From contig JBNJNM010000023.1 of assembly GCA_052426225.1 (NCBI GenBank), positions 620,001 through 684,000 of the forward strand: 64,000 bases of DNA, in the 5' to 3' direction. Position numbers and translations under genes: made by a program. Positions 11,796 through 22,710 of the stretch are shown here, in pieces; positions within the stretch are counted from its first letter, which is position 1, and each line of letters begins with the position of its first letter. The notes beneath the pieces are model-generated. The model was not told the DNA's origin. It saw nothing but the letters and a program-made list of their open reading frames with translations, and ran no database searches. The DNA comes from Zancudomyces culisetae HAW-14-8 (taxonomy: Eukaryota; Fungi; Kickxellomycota).

Positions 11796-12191
11796 ATGAG
11801 TTCATGCGACAAAAAGGCCTGCTACAACAAAGATATTGGAGAGTGCAGAGATGTTCCCGGGGGTCGGTGTTCATGCGAGGCTGGAAATTGTGAATGCTGC
11901 TGCAAGAAGGGGCAAGGTTGTTCAGCCACCTCTGAAGGAAAATGCTGTTGTGAATCTGAAAAGTGCAACTGTGCTGAAAATAAGAAAGTCAGTACCTGTT
12001 GTAGGTGTTCAGTAGGTAAAAAGTGTATCTGCAGGGAGGATGAGTGCAAGTGCGAAGGAAAAAGTATATGTCAGTGCAGAGATGGTAAAGGTTGTACATG
12101 TGGAGGACCATGTAAATGTGAACAAGCAACCTGTGAATGCAAGGGGGATAAAGGCGAGATATGCCACTGTGAATCTGGATGTAAATGTTAA
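11796..12191 (+). CDS. Long metallothionein-like Cys-rich protein (131 aa, 34 Cys)
   Basis: ATG at 11796. CxC, CC and CCC motifs throughout, rich in K/E/G/S, almost no aromatic residues, no signal peptide. Confidence 0.8.
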   Translation: MSSCDKKACYNKDIGECRDVPGGRCSCEAGNCECCCKKGQGCSATSEGKCCCESEKCNCAENKKVSTCCRCSVGKKCICREDECKCEGKSICQCRDGKGCTCGGPCKCEQATCECKGDKGEICHCESGCKC

Positions 12192-12889
12192 GAAGTAGTG
12201 GAGTAGTCGTACTGTATGTCCCACAGCACATGCTTTTAGTTGGTGTATTCACTGCTTTTACTTTGGTATCATTGACAGATTCATAATTTTTTCTAACTGG
12301 TGAGAATAACAGTCGGTTATAAATAAAACCAAGACCATTTTACTTTGAACTCTTGATGTTTTTTTGTTTATTTTTTATTAGCATACTCTTGCATTTTACC
12401 ATAACTTGTGTAGTATTATAGTTTTAGGGCACTTGTATTTTTCAGAAATAAATAAATACATAAATAATATCCAGAATGTTGCAAAATACTAGTTATTATT
12501 AAACCTTGATTACTTTGTTTCATAAATGCTAAATAAGAATAGTAGGAAATGCTAAAATCAATAAACTCAGGCTGGATAAAACACTTTTATTTAATATTTA
12601 GACGTGTATATCTCACATTCAACCCGGTTGATAAACAACATCATCAATATGTTTTCAATGGATCGCAATAATAAATCCCACTCCACAACTACTAACATAG
12701 TTAGAATAAATAAATAGCCGTTCGATTTACATCTGAATACGATGTGACTCTCTTGATCAATCTACTCTGAGGGGGGGGGATTACTGAGCCAAGTTAATGA
12801 TCTTGAATTGACTCAGAGCAAAAAAAATCCCACTGAGTCAACACTTGATGGGCATGGAGTTTATAGCAGAGACAGGAGGGAATAAGTTG

Positions 12890-12955
12890 GATAGATATTT
12901 TATAGAATTTTTTTGTAGTTTTATGTGGTATTAATTTGATAAATTCATCTAAGCA
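12890..12955 (+). repeat. Dispersed copy of the AT-rich tail found at the end of the LINE remnant
   Basis: tagatattttatagaattttttttgtagttttatgtggtattaatttgataa aligns with 1784-1836 and partly with 11100-11142. Confidence 0.55.
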
Positions 12956-15868
12956 AAAAAATATTGGTGGCACGTCTGTAATATGTGTTAATGACAGTAT
13001 AAAAATAGCATATTGATTTTCGCTTATAATAAGGTTTTGTGCCTCACTATAAAGAAATGGTTTAAGAAAAAGAATACCGAACTGATACTAGGAGGTGGAT
13101 GATAATGAGTGGTGAGAAAGATAATATACGGTATTTACGAATTGAGAAAATATGCAATTAACTTGACATCTGGTTTCAAAAATATACACACAGATTATGC
13201 TATTCAATCTGTTCAACTTACTTCTTTTTTTCCTTCTATAAACTAATTGTTAGAGTGTTTAGTTTAAAGCAAAAAAATGCCTATTTGGATTGCATTTCTA
13301 CACGATAACAATTGCACCACCTACCAGGTATTAGAACATTATGAAATAAATTAATTTAAAGAGATGCATTCAAGTGTAGATCGATCCACAGGGTGGAAGA
13401 GTTTACCAATATATTACGAACACCGACATTTTTATATTTTTGTAACTCGGTGTAGAGCACTTGTGATATTTACTCCTCCCCTCCCCCTCCCCCAAAAAAA
13501 TATAATTAAATAACGAGTATACAATTCTATTCAACCAGAGGACTTATAGGCATGACCAAAAGTAAGCATGTTCTCTTTTGACTATGTAATGGAAAATAAG
13601 AACGCGCCTGATTGTTGTTTTAATAATTTTAAATGACTGCTCAACAAATCAATCAATCCAATATACTGATTGAGCGTAGTTAGTTTTATTTTGATTTTGT
13701 GCGAGAGGAACGGGGGGGGATAGAAATATATATTTTTCAGGATAAGTTTTGTTGAGTATAAAAAGGCAAATGGTAAATCAGAAATCCTCAAATTGGCATT
13801 ATCCAGATACGTTTGTGATTGAGCCGATTAGCCTTATACTGCCATTAGAAAAGGTTGGTTGGTTTGTCGATGGTGTTTTATTATCATTATTCGCAATGTG
13901 TAGGATTGTTGTGTTTGGTGGTATCTGACCCCCCTTCCTTCTTACATCTATTCCACATTTACTAACCAGTATCACAGGAAAATAAACACGCTTATTTATT
14001 CACTCCAAAACCGGAGTAGGGGAACGGGATTAGGTTCAGCATTTTGATTTCTGGCCGAGTAAGTGCAGTGGTATTTACATGTGATATTTTCATATACCAT
14101 TAAAAGAGAAATGCACCATTATAATTCGCTAGAGAGTTTTTACATACCCCCCTCCCCAATATTTCGTGTGGTTAGTGGTATTGAATTGTAATTACATTTA
14201 CGTATACACAATATTGACCAACCAGAATTCTCAGAAAGATAAACAATCAGTCAAATGACTAGAGTATTGGGGGGGGGAACCAAAAACAAACTAATGGTTT
14301 GCTGGAGGAGTGAGTATACAGGTACCTTTGCATTTACTGATTTGGTATTTATTTATGCTAGTACAGGCAGTACACATTGACATCTGCATATATTGGTAAT
14401 TGGAATAAACAAATCGCAAAATAATTGCGTGCGGATAAAACTTGCAAACGTATATAGAGGTGGTATATGGTAAAAATAAAATGAATCTACAAATAGGAGC
14501 ACAGAATACTTGGCTACCTACATGATTATTTGCCAACCATAGATGTTGTTGTATCTTATTTTTTGCTCATTTGTTAAATGATCTATACGAGTGTTTACTA
14601 ATTTATTTTATGCATTGGATAGAAAGCAAGCAAGACCATTTCTTTTTTAGCAAACACAAATTTGAGAGTAGTTCATAGTGATAGAATCTATCATCATTCA
14701 TAGAAGAGGGGGGTGGCCGATCTTATCAAAAGATGATGGCAGGTAAAAGTCGGAGAAATGATGATTTTTTTTTAGAAGAATTGTCGGCGCTTTGTTAAAA
14801 AAAAAGTGAGAGGATAGACTGGGAGTATTGTCTTTATCTTTGGAACTAGGATTGGGATTAAAGTTAGAATTGGAATTGGAATTGGAATTGGAGCATACAT
14901 TCTTTCCTTATTTTAGATATTGGTGATTTTTTATTTGCAAGTAAACAAATAATCGTTGTGTAAGCGATTTTAATTTGTTTGATAATCTAAATAATACATT
15001 TGCCAGATACACACAAGCAACACTGCGATACAGTTGGTGGAGGGTGGGTGGAATAGATGGGAGAAAAAGGTGGATATTTTATGGTGCAGTAAAAATATAT
15101 ATTTTTTGTTTGGCTGTTTTAGCAGTTGAAGGTATTATTTTCTTTTGATGTGTTGTGTACGGGTCATGAAGCTCGAGAAAATAATGGCCTATTGATGAGA
15201 ATATATAGAACACTTTGTGTATCATTATCAAAATGATAATGCAACATCAAAACGCGAACTCCTTTGTACTTTCTTTAATATTTAGTTAGCGAAAAATACA
15301 AGGGTGAAAAATTACAGGAGTTTGATATATTATAATACCGGATAACTATTTAGGACAAGGTATAGTGATATTCAACATAATAAAAAAGGGAAAAAGAGAA
15401 TATTGCGATAGAATATTAATGTATCCGGATACAGCTAGTTTTGAAGGTATATTTCAGATATATATTTTTATATATTTTACCATTTTTACTTGTATTTTAT
15501 AGGTATACTATTGTGTTAATATCATCATAAACAGTATTACAATAAAATATATTTAAAAAATCCATTGTTAAAAGTAGAAAAGCTGGAACGAGTTCAAGAG
15601 TATAACTAGCAAAGTAAAAAGTGTTAAATAGAAATATATTTACAAAAAAAGTACAAAAAAAACACAAAAGAATCAAGCAATATCAAGTTTGGAGGGGAAC
15701 GTGCAATAGAAAAAATTGGCAAAGGAAAGCAAGTTGATTTATAGCTCCAAAAAAAACACTACTTATATTATCGGCACTCAATTATATACGAGTTCCAAGT
15801 GTAAAGAAGAAGGGAATAATACAATATAATATACCAGCATAATAGTCTTTTTAAAAGAAAAAAAAACA

Positions 15869-17296
15869 ATGGGTCAAGGAATTAGTTCGGGGACCAAGCA
15901 GAGCATTGGAGTTCGCAAATCACTAGAATGTGCAATGCAGAATAACTTCAACAATGTACGCAACACCGAAGGCGACACCGACAATGCACAGCGCAAGGCG
16001 CACAGCTTGAACCCAACAGCACGTTCTGATCCGTGCAGAGAGGCTGATGCAGATGCGAAGACTCTGGTGGAAAAGCAAGAAGAGACATCACCATGCCAGC
16101 CTCAAGATTCGTGTGCAGCTAGAATACCACTCTTTTGTTGTTGCACAGACACGCAAACCCAAGCATATACATCAGGTTCACTGCCGGGTCGCGGACCCGA
16201 TGGAACTGCAGAAATTTATGATCCCGAGCTGCTGGCCAAGGAGAGACGTCTCAAGTACTTACATTTTTTACGCGAAAAAGACCGATACAATGTCAAATTG
16301 AAACTCAGTGACTTTGAATTCTATCGCACAATTGGTGCTGGATCATTTGGAAAGGTAAAAATCTGCAAGTACCTTAAGGCTGGGGATCTCAAACCCAAAG
16401 GCAGAAAAAAGTCAGGTTTGGGAAAAGCATACTATGCCTGTAAAATCCTCACCAAGAGTGAAGTCCTGCGATCTAACCAAGTCGAACACGTAATAAATGA
16501 ACGAAATGTACTCCAGTTTGTTGAATGTCCATTTATTGTCAAGATATTTGGTACAGCACAGGATCAAAACAACCTATACATGTTTCTTGAGTACATTGTC
16601 GGTGGTGAGTTGTTCAGCTACTTGCGGAAATACGAATCGTTTCCGTCTCCTGTTGCCAAGTTTTATGCAGCCGAAGTGTTTGTTGCGTTTGAATATCTAC
16701 ATTCATACGACTTGGTATACCGTGATCTCAAACCCGAAAATATCCTCGTTGATCGTACTGGTCATATCAAGATCACAGATCTGGGTTTTTCAAAACACGT
16801 GCCTGAAAACATTACTTGGACACTTTGTGGAACGCCTGACTATCTGGCTCCTGAAATCATCGCCAATAAAGGTTATGGAAAAGCTGTGGATTGGTACAGC
16901 CTGGGTGTGCTGATTTTTGAAATGATTGCTGGATATACTCCGTTTTACGAGTCCGACCACTATAAGATGTACGAGCGCATCTTGGCCAACCGCATCCAAT
17001 GGCCTAGTGTATTTGACCCAGATGCAAAGGACCTGGTAAGAAAATTGGTGACACCGGATCTGAGCAAACGGTATGGTAACCTGAGCAACGGGCCTAAAGA
17101 TATATCACGTCATAAATGGTTCCGTGAAGTGGACTGGCAAAAGCTAATGGACAGAGAAATAGCACCACCACTGGTTCCAACACAATCAGTAAATGAAGGA
17201 GATACAAGCAATTTTGATGAGTATGGCGAAACAGAAAAGGCTTATATTGGAACAGACCAAGAGTATGAGAAACGCGAAGAGTTTGTAGACTTTTAA
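15869..17296 (+). CDS. cAMP-dependent protein kinase catalytic subunit
   Basis: IGAGSFGKV, YRDLKPEN, DLG, TWTLCGTPDYLAPE, AGC C-tail DTSNFDEY and terminal FVDF. Confidence 0.95.
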   Translation: MGQGISSGTKQSIGVRKSLECAMQNNFNNVRNTEGDTDNAQRKAHSLNPTARSDPCREADADAKTLVEKQEETSPCQPQDSCAARIPLFCCCTDTQTQAYTSGSLPGRGPDGTAEIYDPELLAKERRLKYLHFLREKDRYNVKLKLSDFEFYRTIGAGSFGKVKICKYLKAGDLKPKGRKKSGLGKAYYACKILTKSEVLRSNQVEHVINERNVLQFVECPFIVKIFGTAQDQNNLYMFLEYIVGGELFSYLRKYESFPSPVAKFYAAEVFVAFEYLHSYDLVYRDLKPENILVDRTGHIKITDLGFSKHVPENITWTLCGTPDYLAPEIIANKGYGKAVDWYSLGVLIFEMIAGYTPFYESDHYKMYERILANRIQWPSVFDPDAKDLVRKLVTPDLSKRYGNLSNGPKDISRHKWFREVDWQKLMDREIAPPLVPTQSVNEGDTSNFDEYGETEKAYIGTDQEYEKREEFVDF

Positions 17297-17462
17297 ATGT
17301 TTTTGATTTTTTGATTGGGTATTTACTAGTAAGAGAGAGTGTAATATGATTAATAAAATATAATACGGAATTACCATGATAAAAGAAATAAAAAAAATGG
17401 TAAGGATAAATGGAAGAAAATGAAAAAAAAGAGAAGGATTTCAAGATGAAAACCTGACCTGT

Positions 17463-19674
17463 TTATGAGCGAGGCTTTCTACCCTTTTTATTGACAACTT
17501 GGAACTCGTCTTTGGCGGGAGTTTTTGGGGAGGTTTTTGGAGGAAGGTTCTGGGGGGAGGTTTTTGATGAGGGGGAGTTCTTTGCGGCATCGGCGATGCG
17601 GCGATCAATAAACTCTTTGGCAAAAGACCTGCCATTGAGAAGAGAGGAATGGGCATAGACCTGCTCAGCGATGATTTCGACAGTGTTTTTGGGAGGGTTG
17701 AGAGGGAAGGAAAGGAGCATCTGGATAAAGTCGTCGATGTTGATACCAGAGAGAGAAGAAAGAGAAGATTTACACCAAGCGAGGAAGGCGGGAGAAGGAG
17801 AAGGGGTTTTTGGGAGTTGTTTTTGTTTTTGTTTTGGAGGTTGTTGGGTTGGAGAAGGCGAAGATTGTTTTTCAGCCTTTTGATCCTTTTGATCCTTTTT
17901 TTGCTCTTTTTTTTGTTCGGCTTGTTCCTTCTTTTGCTCAGCTTGGGCTTTTTTTTGATCTTTTTGTTGCTCCTTTTGAGCTTTTTGCTGATTTTTTTGA
18001 TCCTTTTGATCCTTTTGATCCTTTTGATCCTTCTTTTGGTCCTCTTGTTGATCCTTTTGAGTTTGTTGGTCATTCTTTGGTTCGATTTGAACATTTTGCA
18101 GTTCTTCCTGTTCCTTCCTTTGTTCATTTTGACTCTTCAAGTCGGTTTGATCATGAAGAGGTTGGGCAGTAGATTCGGGAGTCTTTGGGGGATTCCCAAG
18201 AGCGAGAGCGGCCAGTTGGGAGGAAATGGATTGAGATTGCGGGGTTTGGTCGACAAGATGAGCTTGGAGATGGTTCAGCTGATCGCGGATGAGGTTCAGA
18301 GTGTATTGAATACCGCCACGATGCACAGATTCAACAACAATGGGGTCAAGAGCCAACTCAAGTTGAGCAATGTGAGAAGAGTAGAGAGAGGCATGATGAG
18401 CAAGGTCAGCACGAATGGATTCGTCAGCAACGCGGCTCTGGTGTTGCAGCCGGACAAGGTATTCAGTAGGAACTGAAGAACCAGCCAGCTGGGCTTGGTG
18501 GCGGAGCTGTTGCTGTTCTTGAATAAGAGCATTGTTGAGCTGAACCAGCTGGTTGTGGGCTTGTTGTTTAATGATGTTGAACATTTGCTGCCGCTCGCTA
18601 ATCTCAACCAGCAAGGCTTCCTGTTCGGCCAGCAGCTGTGCCAGCTGGATCGTGCGCTCAGTAACCATTTGCCCACTGGATGGGTCTGGTATTTGTGCCG
18701 ATTGTGCGCCCATCCGACTGTACAGCTGGTTGACCTCGCCAATTGAAGGTTCTGCTGGCCCCAACGCATGTGCCATTTGTTGCACCCGCAAATCATCCCC
18801 AAAATCTACAAGTGACCCTACAACAAACGGCTCATATGCATTGCCAAGCTTCGTCATCATGTCGCCCAGCCGCTCATACTCTGTCCAGTCGCGTCGTCGA
18901 ACCTGTAGTTCGTTTGGAAAGTAGCCAGCTTCAAACCACTCCTGCATGTTGAATCCTGAAAATGGCCCTATTTATCCAATCACCTGATATATTATTTATC
19001 CCACATTCCCTAATTCTCATCAACTTACCTTGTAATTTCCCCTTGGGATCCCGATAGTACCACTGCGCCTCGTCCAGTCGCTCTGCTACACCTTCGGGGT
19101 ATACTGTCTCTCCGCTCGACTCCAGCTCCCCCTCTAATGCTCCGTGTGCTCCGCCTTCCGTATACCTAAATCGACCGTCTGCCCCAAACGTTCCTAACAT
19201 TCCTCGCGTTATCTTGCTCGTTTCCCACGATGCACCGCCCCGTTCATACTCCCCTCTTCCCCGCCCACCTTCTTGTCCATACCTGCGCTGCCCGTTTGCC
19301 GCCATACTCTGCTGCTGTGCCAAGTGCTGCATCCGCCGGTGCTGCTGTTGTTGCTGGTGGATAAACTTCTTGTTCAGCTCACTATTTACCAGCCCCGAAC
19401 CCAATACCTCTTTCTCCATCTCACTCTCCTCGACGAGCTGCAACGGCTTCAGCACGAACTCGCTAATCACCAACTCATTTCGCCCCGCCATGTCCTCTGG
19501 TAATGTGGCCTTACTTTCCTCAAACAGTTTAACCATCTCCTGAACTGAGTATCTGTACTTTTTTTCTTTTATTTCCTCATCTTTAGCTATATCTTTATGC
19601 TGTGCTTCTGTTGCTGCTGGAGATGACAACACTGCTGTTGCATTGCCCTTGGTTGTAGCCGGTGCTTTTCTCAT
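17463..19674 (-). CDS. GIGYF/Smy2-like GYF-domain protein, 2 exons
   Basis: Intron 18968-19028 (GTAAGT..TAG) joins WYYRDPKGKLQG to PFSGFNMQEWFEAGYF (GYF domain). Conserved C-terminal FLAWC..FAKEFIDRR and terminal FQVV..KK. Confidence 0.92.
17875..18060 (-). repeat. Coding 9-bp tandem repeats (QKD-type) within the GYF gene
   Basis: Repeated ttttgatcc units encoding (QKD)n and QKKEQ variants. Confidence 0.8.
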
Positions 19675-20800
19675 CCTATTTTTTTTATCATCACTTTATT
19701 AACTTATTTTTATTTACTCACTGTATCATCTATTTACTACCAAAAGTACAGTAACTTGCCATTCAGGGCCGAATTTTAATTGTGTTGACATTTCACTCTA
19801 TCAGTATTTTTCTGTGTTTACTTGTTCTGTCGTTAGAATATCCGCTTGTATTTTCAATTACCTTGCAAACAAATGTCTGTTCATCTGTTTACTTTTCTCG
19901 TGCCTTAAACTTTTTTTTTCTTTTTACAAAAACCATCAATTTTTTAATTAATCAACTTTTTTCCTTCTATTTTTAACTTCCATTTGCAATTGTTTCTGGA
20001 TTTTATTCGTGGGTGGTTTATTTCAATGCCCGTTTTTTATCTCTTTTGATGCTGACTTTTCCTCAAAAATGATAGACAATTAGAAAAATTTTTATCCAAT
20101 GCCCTTTATACTCACTCACCCACCCTCTCCATTCCCCCTCCCCCATAAAATAAAAAACTAAAAACAAAAAACAAATGCAAAGAAAAAAAAACAACCACTA
20201 GCCTACTCATCTACAACCTCCCACCACGCTATATCTGTATATGTCTCTAGCACCAGCTCCTTTCCTCCCTCCATTCCTCATTCTTCTCCTCTTCCCCACG
20301 TGTTCTAGTATGTACAAAACTACGTATTGAACAGGTGTGCAGCTTTGTTTGTGTTCAATGAATCAACAGTTCAGCAATATACATTACACTTATTACCTTG
20401 CTTCTGCCGTAAACTTTGGCTAACCTCAGCTGCGGACACTCCTACAAAACATCTCCTAATATTCCGCCAGTTTACCGCGTTTGTGCAAAAACCCATCGCA
20501 TTAAAAGACAAAAGATCTTCATGCTTCCAGTTGTACTTCCCAAATATAAACGCATTTATGCTTTTCTTGTACAAATCTACATACCAAATCCCTCATTGTT
20601 CTTTTTTTTTCGTGCTGATTTATTGAGTACATGCATGTAATAAGAAAAACATACCCCGATTACAACCCATATCCTCGTACAATAACAAGTAATAAAATAA
20701 AAACAAACAGCTTCAAAATCGTTACAATAAAACGCAGCGGTATATTAATGGCCAGGATGAGCCAGGCACAAGTGAAAAATAAAAAATAAATGAAGCAGGA

Positions 20801-22072
20801 TTAGTTTCCAGAGTTGTTGTAGATCAAAAGGTTTGGAGAACCAGCTCCAGGACTGGTTACAATACCCTTAGTGGCACTTTCTGTAATAAGCTTAGCAAGT
20901 TGGCTGGTGGTGAGGGGTTGGTCAGCCAATGACAAGAAATATGCGGCAAGACCGCAGACGTGTGGGCTGGCCATGCTAGTTCCGGAAATGCTTCTGGAGG
21001 CAGTTTTTGATCCAATCCATGTTGACAAGATGTTTCGGCCAGGTGCAAAAACGTTGACGCAAGGTCCAAAGTTGGAGAAGGATGAACGGTTGTCTGACAA
21101 ATCTGTTGAACCAACAGTGATTGCTGATGCTGATGAGGCTGGGGAGTAGCTGCAGGCATCGCGGTTATCATTTCCGGCTGCAACAACAAAGTGAATTCCA
21201 TTGCTGACTGCTTCGTCAACAGCTTGGTTCAATGCTCTGCTGTATCCACCACCAAGAGACATGTTGGCAACGCTGTTCAGAACCTTTCCGGCCTTTGATG
21301 CCTTTACAGCTCTCTCCTTGGCATCCTTGGCAACAAATGATACTCCAGCAACAACGTCTGACATTGAGCCTGATCCGTTTGAGCGCAGAACCTTCACAGC
21401 AATAACCTTGGCCTTCTTGGCAATTCCGAATTTCTTACCAGCAATAGTTCCAGCGACGTGTGTTCCGTGTCCATTTCCATCAATGTCCTCATCTCCGAAT
21501 GGTACTGTCTTTCCCCACTCAGCTCTTCCCTCAAAGTCTTGGTGTTCAATGTTCACTCCTGTATCCACTACGTACGCCAATACTCCATTTCCTCCTTTTG
21601 GATCGTGGTAGTATTTGTCATAGTTTGAAATAGTCAATCCGGCGCGTTGTGAAACACGTGCCAAACCCCATGGTGCTCCGGATTGGAGATCTGAGGCATA
21701 CACAACCTGATCCTTCTCTACATATTCTACCTCATCCGAGTTCTTGATAAACTCAATAAGCTTAGGCTCAAAGGTTCCTGAGTACCCAACTACTCCCTCA
21801 TCGTAAATATGGTTAATGTTGTTGATGCTCTCTTCTGAGCTCTCTGCCTTGAGCAGATTAATATTTCTATGCAGCTGATGGAAGTGGCTTGCAAAGGCTC
21901 CCAAACCTGGCTTGACACTCTTCTTGAATACTACAATGTAGCTGTTCTCAATGGTTTGAGGTTCAGCTGGTGTTGAAAGTACGGGCTTCTGCTTGGCGTA
22001 GCTTCCAAATTTCACATATGCAAAACTCGTTGCTGTGAGTGAAAGGTATGTGACTACGGATAATATTCTCAT
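20801..22072 (-). CDS. Subtilisin-like serine protease (S8A, proteinase K/Prb1 type) with I9 propeptide
   Basis: Signal peptide, YIVVFK..VEYVEKD propeptide, PWGLARVS, catalytic VDTG / HGTH / GTSMA. Confidence 0.95.
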   Translation of the reverse strand: MRILSVVTYLSLTATSFAYVKFGSYAKQKPVLSTPAEPQTIENSYIVVFKKSVKPGLGAFASHFHQLHRNINLLKAESSEESINNINHIYDEGVVGYSGTFEPKLIEFIKNSDEVEYVEKDQVVYASDLQSGAPWGLARVSQRAGLTISNYDKYYHDPKGGNGVLAYVVDTGVNIEHQDFEGRAEWGKTVPFGDEDIDGNGHGTHVAGTIAGKKFGIAKKAKVIAVKVLRSNGSGSMSDVVAGVSFVAKDAKERAVKASKAGKVLNSVANMSLGGGYSRALNQAVDEAVSNGIHFVVAAGNDNRDACSYSPASSASAITVGSTDLSDNRSSFSNFGPCVNVFAPGRNILSTWIGSKTASRSISGTSMASPHVCGLAAYFLSLADQPLTTSQLAKLITESATKGIVTSPGAGSPNLLIYNNSGN

Positions 22073-22660
22073 TTTTGTGGTTGTATTTGTTTTTTTTCTT
22101 CTTTTTTATACTTTTTGTTGTCTTTCTTTATTTTTAAGCGTTTTTTTTTGTTCCTAAAGATGCGTGAGATTCTACTCAAATAATATAAACAATCTGGAAT
22201 CTAAAATAATACACTTTGTTCAGGCGTCTCGAACTATTCAGTTATTGATATATCTGTGTTTTACCTAGTGGCGAGCAAAAGCTTTTATTTTTAAATTTAA
22301 ATCTGCCCTGTTTCAGTTAATATATAGTAATATGTAGTAAAATACAACTAAAAATTGTAAAACATTACTAAACATTTTTGTGCCTATATAAGCAAAAAAA
22401 AAGAATTCCCTTGCTCATGACAATTTGCTTTGTTTTGTCACACCAGTTTTCCAATGAAATTTGAGACAGGAAAAAAGAAAAGGAATAAAAGAATAAAAGA
22501 ATAAAAGAATAGGCTTCCCTGAAGACAATTAAATTGCACAACATCACGTTCAAATGGTATCAGTACCAATAATAGGCTCATTAAAACGCAGTGCAAAACT
22601 TAAAAAATGAGGATGATTTTGCGCAAATAGAAATAATAACATACTCTCTCTTTACCAAAA

Positions 22661-22710
22661 CCCACTCATACCCACTCATACCCACTCATACCCACTCATA
22701 CCCGCTAGTA
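22661..22710 (+). repeat. 10-bp tandem repeat (CCCACTCATA)x4 plus a degenerate copy
   Basis: Directly visible, about 590 nt upstream of the protease start. Confidence 0.9.

Noticed and set aside
17441-18952. Several long overlapping and antisense ORFs over the GYF gene (also over the protease, Pub1 and histones)
   Set aside because: Shadow frames caused by low-complexity repeats and codon bias.
20371-20574. Short ORF ending ..VYC-TGA considered as a selenoprotein, since some Harpellales use Sec
   Set aside because: No CxxU or known selenoprotein context, no good ATG start, and no SECIS recognised.
22661-22710. Tandem repeats considered as a CRISPR-like array
   Set aside because: No spacers, eukaryotic context, simple minisatellite.
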